A DNA stretch of 22,234 nt from Malassezia furfur. Its lineage: Eukaryota. The notes beneath the pieces were generated by a model. That model was given only the letters and a program-made list of their open reading frames with translations, made no database searches and had not been told where the DNA came from. Shown one piece after another: positions 19,268 through 22,234 of the stretch (its first letter is position 1; each line of letters begins with the position of its first letter). The position numbers were made by a program, and so were the translations under genes. The DNA is taken from NCBI GenBank assembly GCA_052055015.1, contig JBQJIT010000004.1. One strand, 5' to 3'.

Positions 19268-21388
19268 ATGTCGTTCCTGCCGGACCTGCCTTCGGGCTTC
19301 GGCAGCGAGTCTGCGTATCCTCCCATGCCGTCGCATGCGGCGAGCGAGTCGGCTGGTGATGCGATGAGGCCCATGTCGCCACCGCGGCCGCCGCGCGCCC
19401 CTGGCAGCGGCGCCAGCTCGCCGCGACCCGCGTTTATGCAGCACGCCGAGTACATTCGCGAGCCAAGCCCGCGTGCGTCGCCGTTCGTGCGCAACGAAAT
19501 CTCCCGGCGCACTAGTGCGGAGCCTGTCGCGCCGCGCCCCACGCGCAGTCCACCCCGGCGCTCACAACCGCCGCCCGCGACGACGCACGGCGCGATAGGC
19601 GAATGGCCCACGTCGCCATACACGAACGCATCCGACGATGCGCGTGCCCCCGTGCACAGCCCCGCAAGTGATCCGCGCCGGCCGTCTACGCCGAATGCCC
19701 AAGCGTACGCGGCGCACCCTGCCTCGCCGCAGCGCGGCCAAGTGCCGGCGCCGCCGCCGCCGCAGCGGGTCCTACCTGTGGAGCCGCCAAGCGCGCCGAG
19801 CCCCCCGCGCATGCGGGTGCCGTCGAGCGCGCCGGTCGCGCCCGTGCCACAACGTGCGCCGCCTGTGCGTGCACCACCTGCGCAGCCTGCGCCGATTCAT
19901 GTGCCCCTGCCGGATACCAAGACCCTCGCGGAGCAGCGCGAACGGGCGCAAAGGAGTGGGCAGGAAAGCGACCTGCTGCACTGGTCGATGCAGGTCGTCA
20001 AGTATGTCGAGCGCATGCAGGCGAGCGATACGCAGGTCGACGAACAGGTCACGCAGTGGATCGACGAGGCGATTGTGCAAATCGTGCAGGCTGCATCGCT
20101 GCCCGACCCGCCCGCCGAGGCGCTGTATGCGCGCGGCGACTTGCTCGCCGGCGGCGCGTTCCCAACGTACGTGACCAAGGACCTGCGCTCGGCGTTCAGC
20201 GACTTTGAGCGCTCTGCCCGCAAAGGGTACGCCCCGAGCTGGTTCCGCATTGGGCGCGACTACGAGACGCTCGGAGACATTGCGCGCGCGCGCAGTGCGT
20301 ATACGCGGGGTGTCAACCTGAGTGACGTGAGCTCCACGTACCGCATGGGCATGGCTACACTGCTCGGCCAGCTCGACGTCTCATCCAACGCCACGGAGGG
20401 TGTGCGGCTGCTGCGTACGGCAGCCGACATGTCGACGGTCGACACGCCGCACCCCGCGTACATCTACGCGTTGCTTCTCGTCGGCGAACTCGAGGGCGTA
20501 CACGTGCCAAGCGCGACGCTCGCCGAGGCCGAGGGCCTGCCCGCCGGCGTGGCGCCCGAGGCGTTTTACCCCGCGGTGCGCAAGTATTTGCAGCGCGCCG
20601 CGTATCTCAATCTGGCGCTCGCGCAGTACAAGTGCGGGTGGTGCTTTGAGCACGCACAGCTCTCCTTCCCGTTCGACCCGCTGATGAGCGTGCAGTACTA
20701 CAGCGCGGCGAGTCAGGGCGGCGAGCCGGACGCAGACATGGCGCTCTCAAAGTGGTTCCTATGCGGCGCCGAGGGCTGTTTCGACAAGAACGAGACGCTC
20801 GCCTGGACGTTTGCGGAGCGCGCCGCCAAGCACCAGCTGCCTACGGCCGAGTTTGCATTGGGCTACTACATGGAGGTGGGCATCGGCACGCCCGTTAACC
20901 TCGCCGGCGCCCAGCGTTGGTACGAAAAGGCTGCCGCCCAAGGCAACACGGACGCGTCCGACCGCCTGACGGCGCTCAAACACTCGCAGGAGGCGCAGCT
21001 CTCGCGGGCACAGCACCAAGAGAACCTTGATGCGCGCCTCTACTCCGAGCATACGCTTGCGCGCTCACGCTCCGCCGACCAGCCGCTCGCGAATGCCAAC
21101 GGTTCGCGGCACACCGAGCTCACGCATAAGCAGACCATGCGTATGGTTGATGCAAGTGTGCGACGACAGCGGGTCGAGCGGGCGCGCGCGCCGCCGACAC
21201 AGGCGCCACCGACACAAGCGCCACCGACACAGGCGCCAACGGCGCACGGCGGCGAACCGGTGCAATACGGACGCAACGATGCACCACGCCCCGCTGCGGC
21301 GGCTCAGAGCGGCGCCAAGCGCGGCCCCGCGACCTTTTCCGAGATGGGTCTGCAGCCGAAGCAGGACCGCGATTGCATCATTTGTTAG
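19268..21388 (+). CDS. Sel1-repeat chitin synthase activator-like protein (Chs4/Skt5/Csr family) with C-terminal CaaX-type box, about 706 aa
   Basis: Pro-rich N-terminus, Sel1-like repeats (AFSDFERSARKGY, AQYKCGWCFE, ADMALSKWFLCGAEG, AEFALGYYMEVGIG, WYEKAAAQG) and C-terminal DCIIC*. The start ATG at 19268 is inferred. Confidence 0.8.
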   Translation: MSFLPDLPSGFGSESAYPPMPSHAASESAGDAMRPMSPPRPPRAPGSGASSPRPAFMQHAEYIREPSPRASPFVRNEISRRTSAEPVAPRPTRSPPRRSQPPPATTHGAIGEWPTSPYTNASDDARAPVHSPASDPRRPSTPNAQAYAAHPASPQRGQVPAPPPPQRVLPVEPPSAPSPPRMRVPSSAPVAPVPQRAPPVRAPPAQPAPIHVPLPDTKTLAEQRERAQRSGQESDLLHWSMQVVKYVERMQASDTQVDEQVTQWIDEAIVQIVQAASLPDPPAEALYARGDLLAGGAFPTYVTKDLRSAFSDFERSARKGYAPSWFRIGRDYETLGDIARARSAYTRGVNLSDVSSTYRMGMATLLGQLDVSSNATEGVRLLRTAADMSTVDTPHPAYIYALLLVGELEGVHVPSATLAEAEGLPAGVAPEAFYPAVRKYLQRAAYLNLALAQYKCGWCFEHAQLSFPFDPLMSVQYYSAASQGGEPDADMALSKWFLCGAEGCFDKNETLAWTFAERAAKHQLPTAEFALGYYMEVGIGTPVNLAGAQRWYEKAAAQGNTDASDRLTALKHSQEAQLSRAQHQENLDARLYSEHTLARSRSADQPLANANGSRHTELTHKQTMRMVDASVRRQRVERARAPPTQAPPTQAPPTQAPTAHGGEPVQYGRNDAPRPAAAAQSGAKRGPATFSEMGLQPKQDRDCIIC
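21188..21241 (+). repeat. 15-nt coding tandem repeat (APPTQ x3 plus partial unit)
   Basis: GCGCCRCCGACACAR x3 followed by GCGCCAACG. Confidence 0.85.
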
Positions 21389-21505
21389 ATAGAAGAAATG
21401 GCCAAGTCTGCCGTAGCTACGGAAGAACGCCATTTCGCGACACGACCGTGCGCCGCGCCGGCACGGCGCCGCACCTGCGCGCCACACGGTGCGAGGCGTT
21501 TTCGT

Positions 21506-22058
21506 TTACTTGCCCTGAGGAGCCTCCTTGAAGGCGAGCGCGTGCTCCTCGTTCATGGCCGCAACGATGGTGACCATGAGGTCCTTGCCCTCCTCGAAGG
21601 CCTCGTTGATCTGCTCGCCGAGCTCACCCTCGGGCAGCTTGACGTCGTCCTTCGACGTGCCGTCGTTCGACATCAGGTTCAGGTAACCGTCGTCGATGTT
21701 GATCAGCTGGTACTCGCGACGGGTCACGTTGGGCACCTCCATGTTGTGCGTCGAGGGCGAAATATCCTCGTACTTACGGTTGGTGAAGATGTCGGTGGCG
21801 ACCAGGTGCACCTTGGCGTGACCGTGCTTGCCCGTCTTCGAGGTCGACATGTCGATGATCTGGGGTGAGCGAGTGTGGGCAAACGCACCTTGCAGGGGCG
21901 GCCCTTGATCACCACATGGCCGTTCTTGCGGAGCGCCGAGCACTGCTGGGGGTAGGTCAGCGAGGCACCGGCGTGGGCGGTCTCGAAGTTGACGTTCTGG
22001 GTCTCGTCGTCAGACTGAAGGGTTAGCCGCACTGCGTTTCAGCAGGCCTACGCACCAT
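21506..22058 (-). CDS. TIF51: Eukaryotic translation factor eIF5A, 160 aa, 3 exons (first coding exon is only the ATG)
   Basis: Exons 22058-22056, 22014-21889, 21859-21506 (introns 41, 29 nt). Hypusine motif [39 protein letters not shown]. Confidence 0.96.
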
Positions 22059-22234
22059 GTCGGATGGGTTGAGAGGAAAGCGGCGCCGCGCGTGCACCCA
22101 CACTTCTTTTCTCGGGCGAAGAAAAGACCCGCTTGCAGTTTTTTCCGCGTGGCCAAAAACGTGGCGCTGCGGCAAGCTCGGCCGGCGGCAGCGCGCCGCG
22201 CGCCGCGCACTCGCCCGTGCGCCGTCGTCCATGG

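Noticed and set aside
9393..21487. Many long antisense or alternate-frame ORFs (e.g. 9854-10732, 17911-19014)
   Set aside because: Expected shadows of GC-rich coding sequence; no recognisable domains.
22231..22234. ATGG at the window edge, possibly the start of the next divergent gene
   Set aside because: Too little sequence to support.

Overview
Gene-dense, GC-rich eukaryotic DNA from a compact basidiomycete yeast genome, most likely Malassezia (inferred from gene content, tiny introns and minimal intergenic spacing). After an AT-richer, apparently non-coding first ~950 nt there are 12 protein genes: Ap4A phosphorylase, an AVT-type amino acid transporter, RAD51, a SYN8-like t-SNARE, RAD1/REC1 (9-1-1 clamp), a STRAP-like WD40 protein, a C2H2 zinc-finger factor, a myosin-motor chitin synthase, a Fus3/Kss1-type MAPK, a WC-1-like LOV/PAS protein, a Chs4/Skt5-like Sel1-repeat protein and eIF5A. 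The ORF track looks fragmented because nine genes are split by 22 introns I reconstructed by hand; 20 are only 21-26 nt, one has a GC donor, and five are in-frame and stop-free. Main points of interest: these ultra-short introns; a 4-bp duplication that frameshifts the MAPK N-terminus, with a possible rescue ATG; a WC-1 homolog lacking the photoactive Cys and flavin-binding residues; a degenerate myosin motor; convergent genes with stops 7-11 nt apart; recurrent promoter CACGTG; and a GC gradient that may point to a nearby centromere. No mobile elements, RNA genes or CRISPR arrays were recognised.
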